Origin: a virus
Taxonomy: Duplodnaviria > Heunggongvirae > Uroviricota > Caudoviricetes
Strand: one strand, 5' to 3'
IMG/VR virus record: IMGVR_UViG_2698536687_000001
Length of the DNA: 64,000 bases
The notes under the pieces were generated by a model, which worked only from the letters and a program-made list of their open reading frames with translations, was not told where the DNA came from and made no database searches. Positions 10,470 through 25,100 of this stretch are shown here, piece by piece. How positions within the stretch are numbered: position 1 is the first letter of the stretch; every line of letters starts with the position of its first letter. Position numbers and translations under genes: made by a program.

Positions 10470-11027
10470 ATGAAGGGAAAAACAGCCGCAGGAGGCGGTG
10501 CAATTTGCGCTATCGCGGTGATGATTACCATCGTGATGGGTAATGGCAATGTGCGAACCAACCTGGCGGGGCTTGAGCTGATTGGTAACGCTGAAGGTTG
10601 CCGACGTGATCCATACATGTGCCCGGCGGGGGTATGGACTGACGGGATCGGTAATACACACGGGGTAACGCCGGGTGTGCGAAAAACCGACCAGCAAATC
10701 GCCGCTGATTGGGAAAAGAATATCCTGATCGCTGAACGCTGTATTAATCAGCACTTCCGGGGCAAAGACATGCCCGATAATGCCTTCAGTGCAATGACAA
10801 GCGCGGCATTCAATATGGGATGCAATAGCTTACGGACCTACTACAGCAAAGCGCGAGGCATGCGAGTCGAAACGTCCATCCACAAGTGGGCGCAGAAAGG
10901 GGAATGGGTGAATATGTGTAACCATCTCCCTGATTTTGTGAACAGTAACGGCGTGCCCCTGCGAGGTTTAAAGATTCGCCGTGAAAAAGAACGCCAGCTT
11001 TGCCTGACGGGACTGGTCAATGAATAA
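10470..11027 (+). CDS. lyz: SAR endolysin (T4-lysozyme-like, P1 Lyz)
   Basis: 185 aa from MKGKTAAGGGAICAIAVMITIVMG (signal-anchor-release segment); lysozyme core; GAGG RBS at 10461. Confidence 0.9.
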   Translation: MKGKTAAGGGAICAIAVMITIVMGNGNVRTNLAGLELIGNAEGCRRDPYMCPAGVWTDGIGNTHGVTPGVRKTDQQIAADWEKNILIAERCINQHFRGKDMPDNAFSAMTSAAFNMGCNSLRTYYSKARGMRVETSIHKWAQKGEWVNMCNHLPDFVNSNGVPLRGLKIRREKERQLCLTGLVNE

Positions 11028-11271
11028 ACTCCGGCAGCTCCGCAGACTTTCGACAATGAAGTTATCGCTGGCAGCGATAGTTTTCGACTCGATTTTCATG
11101 GCGGTATATGTGCTTAATGAAACGTGGCCACTGGAACCGCTATTGTATGCTGGGCTTCGGCTGTGCCTGACATTTTTGAGCATGGCCGCGAGATTGATGC
11201 AGCAGAAAGAAACCGCTTCAGATTGTCCACGCCGCGCGGTGCGCAAATATATGGCACGCAGACGAAGGTGA
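11020..11271 (+). CDS. Small membrane protein overlapping lyz end, possible lysis accessory protein
   Basis: 83 aa with two hydrophobic segments and basic C-terminus; overlaps lyz stop. Confidence 0.35.
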   Translation: MNKLRQLRRLSTMKLSLAAIVFDSIFMAVYVLNETWPLEPLLYAGLRLCLTFLSMAARLMQQKETASDCPRRAVRKYMARRRR

Positions 11272-11318
11272 TAATAGTTAACGAGAACCCCGGCAGCCGC
11301 CGGGGTTATTTTTGGTGG

Positions 11319-14049
<2,731 letters not shown>

Positions 14050-14115
14050 TTAATTAGAATAATTCGCATCGTGTTTGAACGGAATTTAACACTAGTCACT
14101 TGTTAAGGATTACCA

Positions 14116-17100
14116 ATGAAAAAGCTATCTATGGGGGTGTTTCGCTGTTCAAGTGTCAGCGAAATATTGAAATACATTAGGGCAATAACATCTCACCGAG
14201 CGCCGATTAGATACGGCGTGGAAAAGGTGGAAGGCAAAAGCTATGACCGGCTGCGCCGGGAGGCGAATCAGAAGGCGATAGATTTGCTTAATTCGCTGGT
14301 GGACGGCGCGACACTGACAGATGAACAGCGCCAGATTCTGGCCGGGTACACCGGTGAAGGCGGCATTGGCGGGTCCGTCTCCGAATATTACACACCAAAG
14401 CCGATCGCTGAAGGTGTCTGGGAGATCATGAAGCTCTATGGCGCGGACGTAGGTAACACTCTGGAACCATCGGCGGGCACCGGCGTTTTTAATGAGACAA
14501 AACCGGTTGGTACGGTGATGACCGCGACTGAGATCAGCAGTGTTTCCGGTCGTATAAACCAGCTGTTACATCCGGAAGACAGCGTACAGATTTCCCCGTT
14601 CGAACAACTGGCTGTAAGCACGCCTAACGATTCATTCGACCATGTTGTGGGTAACGTTCCGTTCGGCGGTCGTGATAACACACGCAACATCGATAAGCCT
14701 TACGCAGAAGAAACGGATATGGGGTCTTACTTCATGCTCCGCATGCTGGACAAGATAAAGCCAGGCGGATTCATGTGTGTGATTGTGCCGCCGTCCATTG
14801 TTTCAGGTTCAAACATGAAGCGGTTACGCCTGCGCCTATCACGGAAAGCTGAATTTCTTGGTGCCCACCGCCTGCCTACCGGTACTTTTGACGCAAACGG
14901 GACCAGTACAGTTGTTGATGTGGTGCTGATGCGCAAACATCCGGCAGAGATGGCTGAGAAAATCCCCCTGGTGGATGAAAGCACTCTCGAATCGGCAAAT
15001 GTGCTTTGGCCAACGTTTATTTCTGGCAAGTGGTTTGAAAAGGACGGCCGCCGGTTTGTTCATGGCACCCAGGAAAAGGGCTTCCAGGGGCGTATTGAGG
15101 TTCGTGCCGACGGTCAGATTGATAACCAGGCTCTTAAAGCGAAGCTGATTCATCGTTTCGAAAGCCGTATCGACTGGTCTTTGCTCGATATGGCTGAACC
15201 GTCACCGACCGCAGACGTTGTTGGTGAAGGGGAAATGCGCCTGATTAATGGCGTATGGCAAAAATATGCTGGTGGTCGCTGGATTGAAGCTGATGCCGGG
15301 AAGGAACTTAAGATCGATGCTGCCAGTTATGGCGCGGATAGCTGGGAGGCTCTTCAGCGTAACCTGACTACAACAGAAGGCCGTCTCGGCATGACATTTA
15401 CCCAGATGGCAAATGTCCGCGATAAGTACACCACATCAATCAGCGACGATATGGTGCAGCTGGTGGACTGGATTAACAGCCAGCCTGAAAAATACCGTGA
15501 ACGCTTGTATCGCGGGGCGATGATTGGCCGGATGTTAATTGAATATCAGGACATGAAGGCCGCCGGGCATAGTGCTGAACAAATCGAACAGCAGCGCCTT
15601 TCTCTGGTATCCCGTTTGCAGGCAGAGATTGACCGTTTTGGTAACCCCGGTCGCGGTCCGATAGCGAAATTATCGGGGAGCGGTGCGCGCGCCTGGTTTG
15701 CTTTCCGTGGTGCAATTAAGCTGGATGGCACTATTTCTGACGAGCTGACAGGAAAACTGGTTACGCATGATTCCAGCGCCAGTTATGACTCCACCAGCTA
15801 TCAGGACACCCTGCGTTATCTCTACAGTGATCTCACTCGCGATCCAATCCAGCTCGATGATTTCCGCCTTGCGTTTACCGGCGAACTGCCAGCCAGTGAT
15901 GACGAGTTGCTTAATTTATTGGCCAGCACCCCTGGCATTGCGGTTTCACCGTATGGCGGGATTGTTCCGTTCGCCCGCGCCACCAGCGGCGACATTAACG
16001 AGATAGTGGCACCAAAACAGGAATTCCTTGCCACGCTCCCCGACGGTCCAGTAAAGAACAACGTCCTTAATCAGCTGGCAGCGATCGAAGAGAAGCGCAT
16101 CAAGACGCCAGCAGAGAATATCCGCTTTAAGCTCAATAGCCGTTGGTTCGACCGTTCCGTCATTCTGGAATTTTTGCAGGAAAACGGCTATCCGGATCTG
16201 CGCTATGTGCAGTCAGTGCAGCTGGAAGGCGACGAAATGGTTTCTGACACCTATCACGGTGGTGATGGTCTGTTCGTCGGGCACCGATACGGTGTCGTCC
16301 AGCGCAAGGATAAAGAAACAGGCGAGATCCGCTATGAGTGGGACCGTAAATCAGGTGAAAACGCGACCGGGTTCCCGGCACAGCTGGAAAAGTATCTCAA
16401 TGGTGCGCGTATCGGTGGCAAAGATAGCGCGACGGCGAACGGCTACCGCGAGCAGATGGCACTGCTTGAGGACCAGTTCAATAAGTGGATCAAGACGCAC
16501 GATCGCTACGATGAGTTGGTTGCCAAATACAACGATGTGTTCAATAGCAATATCCCGTATGAACACTCTGGCGATCCGCTTGGGTTGAAGGGATTAAGCG
16601 GTAAGCGCCAGCCATTTGATTACCAGAATAGCGAGGTGCGCCGACTGTCCGAAGATGGGCGCGGCATCCTGGGCTTCGGCACCGGGCTGGGTAAAACGAC
16701 GACCGCGCTGGCGCTTGAGGCGTTCAACTATGAGAACGGTCGCTCCACCCGTACTGCTTATGTAGTGCCTAAAGCAGTGCTGGAAAACTGGTATTACGAA
16801 GCAAAAGAGTTCCTGAGTGAAGAGGCATTCAGTAACTACCTGTTCGTCGGTCTTGATGTGCTGATGGATGGCGATCAGATTCGCCAGGTGCCGGTGCTCG
16901 ATGAGAACGGTAAACCTGTTCTTGGTACTGATGGCACTCCAGTTATGCGCGATGCTCTTAAGCTGGCAGATGAAGCCACTATCACGGCGCGGATGAACGC
17001 GATCCCGCACTCAAATTACCGTGCAGTCGTGTTTACCAAAGAACAATACGCCCGCATTCCGCTACGTGATGACACCGTAGATGAGCATGCACAGGATATG

Positions 17101-20100
17101 CTTTATGACTTCGTTGCCGCCGGGCGCGTAGCCAGCGCAATGGACTCCGACTCCCACCGCAAAGAGGCGGCGCGTCGCCGGGTATTGTCGGAGTATTCAG
17201 ATACCGGTACCGAAAAAGCAGAGAAGTATCCGTACTTTGAGGATATGGGCTTCGACAGCGTGATTGCTGACGAAGGCCACAACTACCGCAATAGCTATAA
17301 AAATGGTCGCGAAGCGTCACAGCTGGCCTATCTGCCCACCAGCGCGGTGGCGCAATCGGCGCGAGATATGGCAATCAAAAACGCGTACTTGATGAAAAAG
17401 AATGGCGGGCGCGGACCGGTTCTCCTGACTGCAACACCAGTCGTTAACACCCCGATCGATGCATACAACATGCTTTCTCATGTTCTGCCGAAGGAATACT
17501 GGCAGAAGATGGGGATCTACAGTCCTGATGACTTCGTTAAATTCTTCGGCAAGACCAGGCTGGAAACGGTACAGAAAATCAGCGGTGAAGTTGAAGAAAA
17601 AATGGCGCTGGTGGGCTTTGAAAACCTTGATGCGCTGCGCGGTATATTCCATCGCTGGGTAACGCTTAAAACGGCGGAAGACGTTAAGGATACCGTGGAG
17701 ATCCCGGAGCTGGACGAACACCAGCAGGATGCACCACTTACTGAAGAACAACTGGCGGCGTATGAAGAATTGCGTCAGCAGGCGGAAGCGGCGGCCAAAG
17801 CCAACAATGGCGTAACGACCTCGGTCAATGAAGACGGCGTGATTGAGCACGAGAAAGCCCGTCCGATCTTCTCAATAATCAGGGATATGGACCGCGTATG
17901 TACTGACATGGACCTGTACTATCGTCGGATCACCTATCGTTTCCTGCCGGAGTACGCCGATGCGGTGCAGCAGCTGGCGGACAGTTTGCCTAAACAAGCC
18001 ACCAGCGAAGACGACGACAGTGATGATTCAATCACGCAGCAATCGCAATACTCCCTGATAGATAAGGGCGAGTTTATTCAGTTGCAGGTTCCGGAAGCGT
18101 TCGAGCAGGAAGTGAATAAGCGCCTGGCCAGGTTTGGCATTGACGAACAGACCGTAACTCACCCCGTTACGCCCAAATACGCGAAGCTGATTGCCACGCT
18201 GAAGGAGTTTTTCCCGGAAGGTAAGCAAATCATCTTCACCGATGAAAAAACGCAGCACCAGAAGCTCAAGCGCATTATCTGCAATGCTCTTAACCTTGAA
18301 CCTTCAAAGGTGGGGATCCTGAATGCTCAGACGGTTGCCGAGGCAGGTAAAACCGGTAAGAAACTGAAAGCGGTTAAACCGCCGAAAGAGTTACCGGATG
18401 AACCAACAGATGCACAGATAGCGAAATACAACGAGCAAATGGCTCTGTATGACGCCTATATCGCGCAGCAAAATGAAATGTCGTTGGGCGGTCTGGAAAA
18501 GATTGCAGCCGACTTCCAGGAGGGCCGGACTCCGATCATCATCTGCAACAAAAAGGCAGAGGTGGGTATCAACCTGCATCGAGGAACGACTGACATCCAT
18601 CATCTGACGTTGCCATGGACTCCAGCCAGTATTGCGCAACGAAACGGTCGCGGTGCCCGAGTTGGCTCCAACCGTGCAAGCGTTCGCGTTCACTACTACT
18701 GCGGCAAGGGTTCTTTCGATGAATACCGACTGAAGACGCTGAAGCGTAAAGCAGGCTGGATCTCCGATATCCTCCGTTCAGATAAGTCAGAAATGGAGAA
18801 CGCCGACGCCAACGATATGATCGAAATGCAGATGTATACCGCTAAGGATGATGGCGAACGTCTGGCAATGATGCAGGTTCAAATGGATAAGGCGAAAGCC
18901 GCGCAACGCGCTCGCCAGAAAGAACAGGCTACTATCGACCTTCAGAACTACATCAAGGCGCAGCACGCAGCTGGTGAGGATGTGGAGGTGCTTACCGCTG
19001 AATTAGAGCGAAGCAAAGCGGAACTTGAAAAGACCACCGCCGAGGTAGCTAAATTCAAACAGGCGGCAATGGCCAAGGCAGCGGATAACGCAGACTGGAA
19101 GGCACGCTGGGGGAGTGTCCATCACACAGACCGTATGTTGTTAGCACAGTATCGCGCGTCGTTGAAAAGCGCCATTCAGCGCAAGGCTAATATCTCTCAG
19201 GCCATCTCCCGCTATGAGAAATTATTGAACCGTACTCAGAAGGCCGCGACGGATATCAAACGCCTGCGCCCGCTGGTGGAGGATGCATTAAATAAAGGCA
19301 TTCTGGATGTTGATCCTGACCTGGTTAACCATGCGAGTGAGTTCCTTGTTATCGGCGATCGCTCATGGCGTGTAGGCCAATACTACGATTGTGCCGGTGA
19401 TATCGTTCGCATTAAGTCGCTGGACTTCGACAGCCAGCGCGCAGACATGGAGATCATCTTCACCTTCAAAGGCACCAAATCTGGTAACTGGGATGTGAAG
19501 ACGCTGGATAAACAGGTTGATGTAACTCCCGATGAAGATGCTGTTATGCAGAAAATCAGTGGTGGCGTCTCCATCGCCGGGATTAACGACATCGTTTCCT
19601 GTGACGATTTCTACCGTTTCCAGCAGCGCGGCATGATCAAAATCACTGACTCATACGGCGTTCAGACTACAGAGTCAGGCTATAGCATTGATTTTGTTGG
19701 TACCTATACGGACCCACTGAAGCATGCGGTTTACCCGGATCGCCGTGACGGCGCGCTGAAGTCGTCAATTGCAAAATGGGTGCTTGGTATGATGTCGGAA
19801 GGGAATAACCGCCAGATCCGTTCGGCAGAAGCATTCCTGGTTGAACTGTTTGGCTCCAATTATGGCGATGTAATCGCGTCATACGGAGATACGCTATCCC
19901 CTGAAGCAATTCAGGAGAAAATAGCGGATGCGATCGCCAGAATGCCGGAGAAAACAAGCCAGGGGGCTACTCGTAACGGGGATTCTGAACTTGAAGTCAC
20001 CAATGCCATTTTCGGTACCAATGAGTTCCGGGCGTCAGATTATGAGATCACCACAGCACAGTTTGGCACCATTGGCATTTACAGCAATAAAGACGAGATC

Positions 20101-20883
20101 AAGCAGGCAATGGACGCAGCAAGCGCGCGCATTGCAGCAGAACGGAAAGTCAATCTGAATCATGCAGTCGCCGCGCTGACTCAATCGTGGGTAACAGCAA
20201 TCAGGGAGGCCGCCACCACAGGAAAAATCACACCGGCAATTGCGGATGTCGTAAACGACGGCTCTAAATTTATGGATGCCTATAAAATGGATGCGGTGCA
20301 GTTGCCATCAGCCTATGGGCAACTCAGCTATCGCATGACCTACAACCTGGTATCAATGTTTACCGACCTTGCCATCCTTGGGCTGGTGGACCTTAACGAG
20401 GTTACGCCGGAATTGCTCAGCATGCGCAAGAATCATGTGGAGATATTGCACAGAATTAACACGGTACTTGCCGGGCGCACCGATGAAGAGAAACAGGCAG
20501 ACGCTGATCGGATAAACCTGGCCCTTGGCAACATCACGGAGGAAGAAATTGCTGCCAGAAACGAGAAACAAGAAGAGTTATCATCAATACAGGGTGATGC
20601 CACCAGCATAGCTCAGTCTCTTGGTCTGAATTATCGCGTATCCACCGCCGACCTGAAGATGATGTACGCACCAAAATTCGCCGCTGGCGAGGTATTTGGG
20701 CTTCAGGAAGCCTCCGGCATGAAAGGGGTTCTTTTCCGTGCGAAAGACGCAATCAAGGCGAAATTCGGCGCTCGCTGGTTGCCAGCGAAGGCGAAGAACA
20801 GCGACTTCCCAGGTAACTGGTGGATTATCGAGACAAAACACAACGTGGCGGACGTTCTGGCCGTCATCCAACAATACGCATAA
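14116..20883 (+). CDS. darB: DarB, giant antirestriction protein with N-terminal methyltransferase-like and helicase-like domains
   Basis: 2255 aa, the size recalled for P1 DarB; N-terminal MTase-like region (VGNVPFGGRD) and helicase-like motifs (GFGTGLGKTTTA, VIADEGHNYRN). Confidence 0.85.
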   Translation: MKKLSMGVFRCSSVSEILKYIRAITSHRAPIRYGVEKVEGKSYDRLRREANQKAIDLLNSLVDGATLTDEQRQILAGYTGEGGIGGSVSEYYTPKPIAEGVWEIMKLYGADVGNTLEPSAGTGVFNETKPVGTVMTATEISSVSGRINQLLHPEDSVQISPFEQLAVSTPNDSFDHVVGNVPFGGRDNTRNIDKPYAEETDMGSYFMLRMLDKIKPGGFMCVIVPPSIVSGSNMKRLRLRLSRKAEFLGAHRLPTGTFDANGTSTVVDVVLMRKHPAEMAEKIPLVDESTLESANVLWPTFISGKWFEKDGRRFVHGTQEKGFQGRIEVRADGQIDNQALKAKLIHRFESRIDWSLLDMAEPSPTADVVGEGEMRLINGVWQKYAGGRWIEADAGKELKIDAASYGADSWEALQRNLTTTEGRLGMTFTQMANVRDKYTTSISDDMVQLVDWINSQPEKYRERLYRGAMIGRMLIEYQDMKAAGHSAEQIEQQRLSLVSRLQAEIDRFGNPGRGPIAKLSGSGARAWFAFRGAIKLDGTISDELTGKLVTHDSSASYDSTSYQDTLRYLYSDLTRDPIQLDDFRLAFTGELPASDDELLNLLASTPGIAVSPYGGIVPFARATSGDINEIVAPKQEFLATLPDGPVKNNVLNQLAAIEEKRIKTPAENIRFKLNSRWFDRSVILEFLQENGYPDLRYVQSVQLEGDEMVSDTYHGGDGLFVGHRYGVVQRKDKETGEIRYEWDRKSGENATGFPAQLEKYLNGARIGGKDSATANGYREQMALLEDQFNKWIKTHDRYDELVAKYNDVFNSNIPYEHSGDPLGLKGLSGKRQPFDYQNSEVRRLSEDGRGILGFGTGLGKTTTALALEAFNYENGRSTRTAYVVPKAVLENWYYEAKEFLSEEAFSNYLFVGLDVLMDGDQIRQVPVLDENGKPVLGTDGTPVMRDALKLADEATITARMNAIPHSNYRAVVFTKEQYARIPLRDDTVDEHAQDMLYDFVAAGRVASAMDSDSHRKEAARRRVLSEYSDTGTEKAEKYPYFEDMGFDSVIADEGHNYRNSYKNGREASQLAYLPTSAVAQSARDMAIKNAYLMKKNGGRGPVLLTATPVVNTPIDAYNMLSHVLPKEYWQKMGIYSPDDFVKFFGKTRLETVQKISGEVEEKMALVGFENLDALRGIFHRWVTLKTAEDVKDTVEIPELDEHQQDAPLTEEQLAAYEELRQQAEAAAKANNGVTTSVNEDGVIEHEKARPIFSIIRDMDRVCTDMDLYYRRITYRFLPEYADAVQQLADSLPKQATSEDDDSDDSITQQSQYSLIDKGEFIQLQVPEAFEQEVNKRLARFGIDEQTVTHPVTPKYAKLIATLKEFFPEGKQIIFTDEKTQHQKLKRIICNALNLEPSKVGILNAQTVAEAGKTGKKLKAVKPPKELPDEPTDAQIAKYNEQMALYDAYIAQQNEMSLGGLEKIAADFQEGRTPIIICNKKAEVGINLHRGTTDIHHLTLPWTPASIAQRNGRGARVGSNRASVRVHYYCGKGSFDEYRLKTLKRKAGWISDILRSDKSEMENADANDMIEMQMYTAKDDGERLAMMQVQMDKAKAAQRARQKEQATIDLQNYIKAQHAAGEDVEVLTAELERSKAELEKTTAEVAKFKQAAMAKAADNADWKARWGSVHHTDRMLLAQYRASLKSAIQRKANISQAISRYEKLLNRTQKAATDIKRLRPLVEDALNKGILDVDPDLVNHASEFLVIGDRSWRVGQYYDCAGDIVRIKSLDFDSQRADMEIIFTFKGTKSGNWDVKTLDKQVDVTPDEDAVMQKISGGVSIAGINDIVSCDDFYRFQQRGMIKITDSYGVQTTESGYSIDFVGTYTDPLKHAVYPDRRDGALKSSIAKWVLGMMSEGNNRQIRSAEAFLVELFGSNYGDVIASYGDTLSPEAIQEKIADAIARMPEKTSQGATRNGDSELEVTNAIFGTNEFRASDYEITTAQFGTIGIYSNKDEIKQAMDAASARIAAERKVNLNHAVAALTQSWVTAIREAATTGKITPAIADVVNDGSKFMDAYKMDAVQLPSAYGQLSYRMTYNLVSMFTDLAILGLVDLNEVTPELLSMRKNHVEILHRINTVLAGRTDEEKQADADRINLALGNITEEEIAARNEKQEELSSIQGDATSIAQSLGLNYRVSTADLKMMYAPKFAAGEVFGLQEASGMKGVLFRAKDAIKAKFGARWLPAKAKNSDFPGNWWIIETKHNVADVLAVIQQYA

Positions 20884-20916
20884 CAGGAGCGCCCGGTTCG
20901 CCGGGCGTCGCATAAT

Positions 20917-21357
20917 ATGGCCACACTATCTGATACAATAAAACCGAATAAAACATATCTTGAGGCGGTACTCCGTACAGCGTTGTTAGGAAAGACAGAA
21001 GACGAATACGTTGATTTCTTCCTGTCAGGGCTACGCGGGCGATTACTGAAAAATCCCCGCCTGTACCGCAGCTATGGTCCATACTGGCCGGAAATTAAAA
21101 AATTATTACTGGAGCGCGGTTATGGTAATTTCGGTCGTCTCGTTGACCGTGACGTTCGCAAAATTTACCGTTATGACCGCCCGGCGCTAACACTCATAGC
21201 CGCGACGCTCTACAGCCAGGAGCGTTTTGATAATGGTCAGATATACTCAGCCTGGCATTTACTGCCAGTGCCTGAAGAAGTTGACGACCAGGACTATGAG
21301 TTTGAGTCTTACGATTTGGAAGTTGAAGCCTTGGCACAGGCTGGAGAGAAAACTTGA
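20917..21357 (+). CDS. ulx: Hypothetical protein downstream of darB (P1 Ulx position)
   Basis: 146-aa ORF directly after darB; named by position only. Confidence 0.4.
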   Translation: MATLSDTIKPNKTYLEAVLRTALLGKTEDEYVDFFLSGLRGRLLKNPRLYRSYGPYWPEIKKLLLERGYGNFGRLVDRDVRKIYRYDRPALTLIAATLYSQERFDNGQIYSAWHLLPVPEEVDDQDYEFESYDLEVEALAQAGEKT

Positions 21358-21602
21358 AAAAGCGATACTACACAGTAAAGCATGGGACGCTACGAGCATT
21401 ACAAGAGTTTGCTGATAAGCATAACGTTGAGGTGCGCAGGGAAGGGGGAAGTAAAGCTCTGCGCATGTACCGTCCGGACGGGAAATGGCGGACGGTCGTC
21501 GATTTCAAAACAAACAGTGTTCCCCAGGGCGTCCGTGACCGGGCATTCGAGGAATGGGAGCAGATCATCATAGATAACGCATTGCTCCTGAATGCTGATT
21601 GA
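21354..21602 (+). CDS. lxc: Lxc/Bof-like C1 corepressor
   Basis: 82 aa, the size recalled for P1 Bof/Lxc; overlaps preceding ORF stop. Confidence 0.5.
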   Translation: MKKRYYTVKHGTLRALQEFADKHNVEVRREGGSKALRMYRPDGKWRTVVDFKTNSVPQGVRDRAFEEWEQIIIDNALLLNAD

Positions 21603-21746
21603 TATATCTGAGTATATCGAATAATCTCGGCTACTGTTCCATCCGATACCAATGCTCCATAAGGGTAAATTTATGAAGATCCATATCTTCAACCGTTTCC
21701 TGGTCATGGAGCATTGATAGTTTTATCATGGAAAAGAATGAAGTTA

Positions 21747-22160
21747 TCACTTCATCAAAATGTAATTATGGCACGGCAATATACAATCCTTATGGATTTT
21801 ATCTTTGTAGGAATATTTTATCTTTACGTAAGGAGATAATGACAAATCTATCCAGAATGTGAAGTCGTTACGAATCTCCAGTTTGTTGTATATCTGATGC
21901 TTCTGAACTGAAATGGTCTTAATACTGCGAAATCTACACTTCGATATCTGAGTGATGTTATATCCTTTTATCAATAATTCAAGGACTTTGCATTCAACAT
22001 CTGTCAGCGGTGTTGATATCCATACATGTGCAGTAATATCGTATCTATCTATATCAGCTTTTATGTAACGAATTATTTTATTATTCATTTTTATTACGGT
22101 ATGTATTGTAAAACAGGAAATAATAAAGTGGCTTATCATGATAAAGAGCAGTCCATCCAT
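21747..22160 (-). CDS. Small LuxR/FixJ-family HTH transcriptional regulator
   Basis: LTDVECKVLELLIKGYNITQISKCRFRSIKTISVQKHQIYNKL matches the LuxR-type HTH signature; AT-rich gene. Confidence 0.6.
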   Translation of the reverse strand: MDGLLFIMISHFIISCFTIHTVIKMNNKIIRYIKADIDRYDITAHVWISTPLTDVECKVLELLIKGYNITQISKCRFRSIKTISVQKHQIYNKLEIRNDFTFWIDLSLSPYVKIKYSYKDKIHKDCILPCHNYILMK

Positions 22161-22193
22161 GGTTCTGCTCTTTATTTTTAGATGCTATTTAGT

Positions 22194-25100
22194 TCAGAAG
22201 GTATACTTCACGCCCAACATTGCAGATGTGTCGTTATACCCTTTGTCACCGACTTGAACACCTACATTCCCCCACAGGTTCAGTCTGGAATTTATCTGCC
22301 CATCAACACCGGCTTTTATTTCTCCGATATTACGAGCACCGTCCTGATGTACCGTCACGCCATTCATTCGAGTACCAAAATCACGGGTGTTATGCAGCCA
22401 GTTCACTTCCACAAATGGGCTGAATTCCTGGGATTTGCCTTCATCTATACGACTGTGGCTTTTAATCCATGTTTTCACGCCCAGACGGGTACGGACATTA
22501 CCGTCTCCGGTGCTTTCAACACGGGTACCGTTGCTTTCGCGGTGTTCGTCCGCTTTAACACCCATCCAGATGACCTGAGCCTGAGGCTGGACATACCACT
22601 CATTCAAACCACCTTGGTTGCCCGTAAACTCTCCCGCCTTCCAGGTATAACCAGTTTCCAGTGATGCAGTAAGTCCTTTTGATTTCCAGGATTCACTCTG
22701 CAATCCATCACCTTTAACATAGTTATCAAACCAGCTGTACTGTGCCCAAGAGTCCAGGTAAGCTCCGTTATGTGTTTCATCATTGGCATACCAGGTAGCG
22801 TACAGCCCAGTGCTGTAACCATTCACACTACCTTTTGAACGATATCCTGTGCGCACAGATTCTGTATTGTTGTGGTCATTACCGTATCCGGCCATTAAGC
22901 CAAGATGCCAGCGATCCGTCTTATTCCAACCCCACTGTGCTATATCGCCGCCCAGTTGCATAACATAACGGTTGCTTTGTGTTTTTAGCTGGTTGCTTCC
23001 GTCGCGCCAGCGATTGTGTCCACCCTCATGACGCATCCACATGCTTGTAGTTTTCAACTCACCGGTAATCACATCGGTATACTGCATTTGCCCCTGACGT
23101 TCGTGTAGGCGAGTCACGAACATTGTATTTGCAGCAGCAATGTTTGCCGTATAGCTACCAGCTTCTGGGCGAAGATCATTGTCACCTGGTGTTGGGGTCG
23201 GATTTGGCACCGGGTCCGGGTTCGGAGTNNNNNNNNNNNNNNNNNNNNNNNNNNNNNNNNNNNNNNNNNNNNNNNNNNNNNNNNNNNNNGGTCCGGGTTC
23301 GGAGTTGGATTTTCAGGTTGTTTGCCACTAGTTAGGTACCAGTTGCCATTTTTATCACCTTGTCCCCGCCCAAGAGTGTAATCATAAGCACCAGCCGCAA
23401 TTCGCCCAACTTGTACAAAGTCACCGTTAGATTGACCATCAACCTGGATAATGTTGATGCCATTGAGTGTTTGTGCCCCAATACCACCAACATTGTTTAC
23501 GGAAACAAAGGTTTTACCCTCTGTATTTCCTTTTACAACCAACTTATCGATTGGAGAGGTGTCGTCACCAAGAACACCTGAAAAGTAGATATAGCCATTT
23601 TCGCCAGTATAATCACCATTAATTGTTAAAGTGTTTTTTGCATCGCTGCCCAAGTATATAGAGCCATTATTATTAAGATGAGCAACATCCGAATCGCTAA
23701 CCATATTCCAGATGCTGTTTTTAGCTAAATTAACAATGCCACCGTTATACGCGGTTCCAGTCCAGTTGGAATTTTCTAATGCCAGATTGGCAATGCTGTT
23801 ACTATCAGCGCGAATATCGCCATTAAAGGAAGTATTCTTGACTGTAACATCAACCTTCCCTCCCACACCAGCATCATTCCTGAATGAGGAAATAAATGTG
23901 CCGTTATTCTTAATCTGGCTGCTATCTAGCGTGGCGGAAATGACTCCACCCTTGGCATTGAAATTATACCCTTTTTCACTAATCATCACCCCATTCTCTT
24001 GGGTGAGCTCAATTTTGGCATTTTGGGCAACAAATACAGAATCAGCATTATTTCCTGATACGTGAATGGATGTATTATTACCACTAATAACGGTATAATC
24101 ATCACTGCCCCATATTCCATGAGCGTAATCTCCGCTTGTTGTAAGCGATGAAGCAGAACCAAGTGTAACTTTCGCACCTGTATTTGCTGTTACACCATAC
24201 GATTTCTGCCCTTTGGTTATTATTCGGGCTGTGCCGGTATTAACAGTCGCGTCATTTTGTGCGTTTATACCGTGTGAGCCAATACCGTCTGTATTAATAA
24301 CTATTTCTTCGACGCTAATATCAGTTTTTTTACCATGCCCCCACACACCTATCGACTGCTCACCAGATGTGGATATTGTGGATGTACCCGTCAGCTCCAC
24401 GCTTGAATCAGGTGCTGAGTCTGTAGCGGATGAGGCCGTAACATATATACCTTCGGCTGATGTACCGGTAGTTTTTATTGATACACTATCTCCAGTTATT
24501 AAACCACCATTACCACCTACAATCTGTATGGCTTTAGCCTGCTCTCCTGATGTTTCAAGAGATGCATTTACCCCTAGATTTATATTCCCATTATTAGAGA
24601 TAGTTACCGCATGAGCTTGTGTGCCAGAAGTCGTTGCCTGGAGTCCTTTAGATACAGAGATACTAGCGTTATTGCCATCTGCACGTAAACCATAGCCATT
24701 TTGGCCTGAAGTAGAAATATTGACATCAGTTAATTCAGCTAAGCCACCTGACGATGCAAATACTCCCCATGCTCCTGTTCCATCAGTTTTAATCTGCGTA
24801 TTTGTTAGTGAGACATAACCGTTATTTTCGGCAGATACGCCACGAGCTCCCCATGCTTGTGATGGTTTTTTATCCCCCAGAGTGGTAATAGTAGAGTCGC
24901 TAATCACTATGTTGCTATTTTTACCAGAGCTAACAATACCTCTGGCATTATATCCAGATGTAGTAACATTAACTTTGCTTAAGGTAGCCTGGCCTCCATT
25001 TAAAATAGAAACACCACTAGCGTTTACACCAGATGTGTTAATGTCGCCTTGTTCAACAGTTAGTGTTGATTTGTCAACATTAATTCCAGTTGCATTCATC

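Noticed and set aside
14116-20883. Numerous antisense or overlapping ORFs of 60-180 aa inside darB, ddrB, hsdR, dmt and other long genes
   Set aside because: They lie fully within long, well-supported genes on the opposite strand or in another frame, with no RBS or motif support; treated as chance ORFs.
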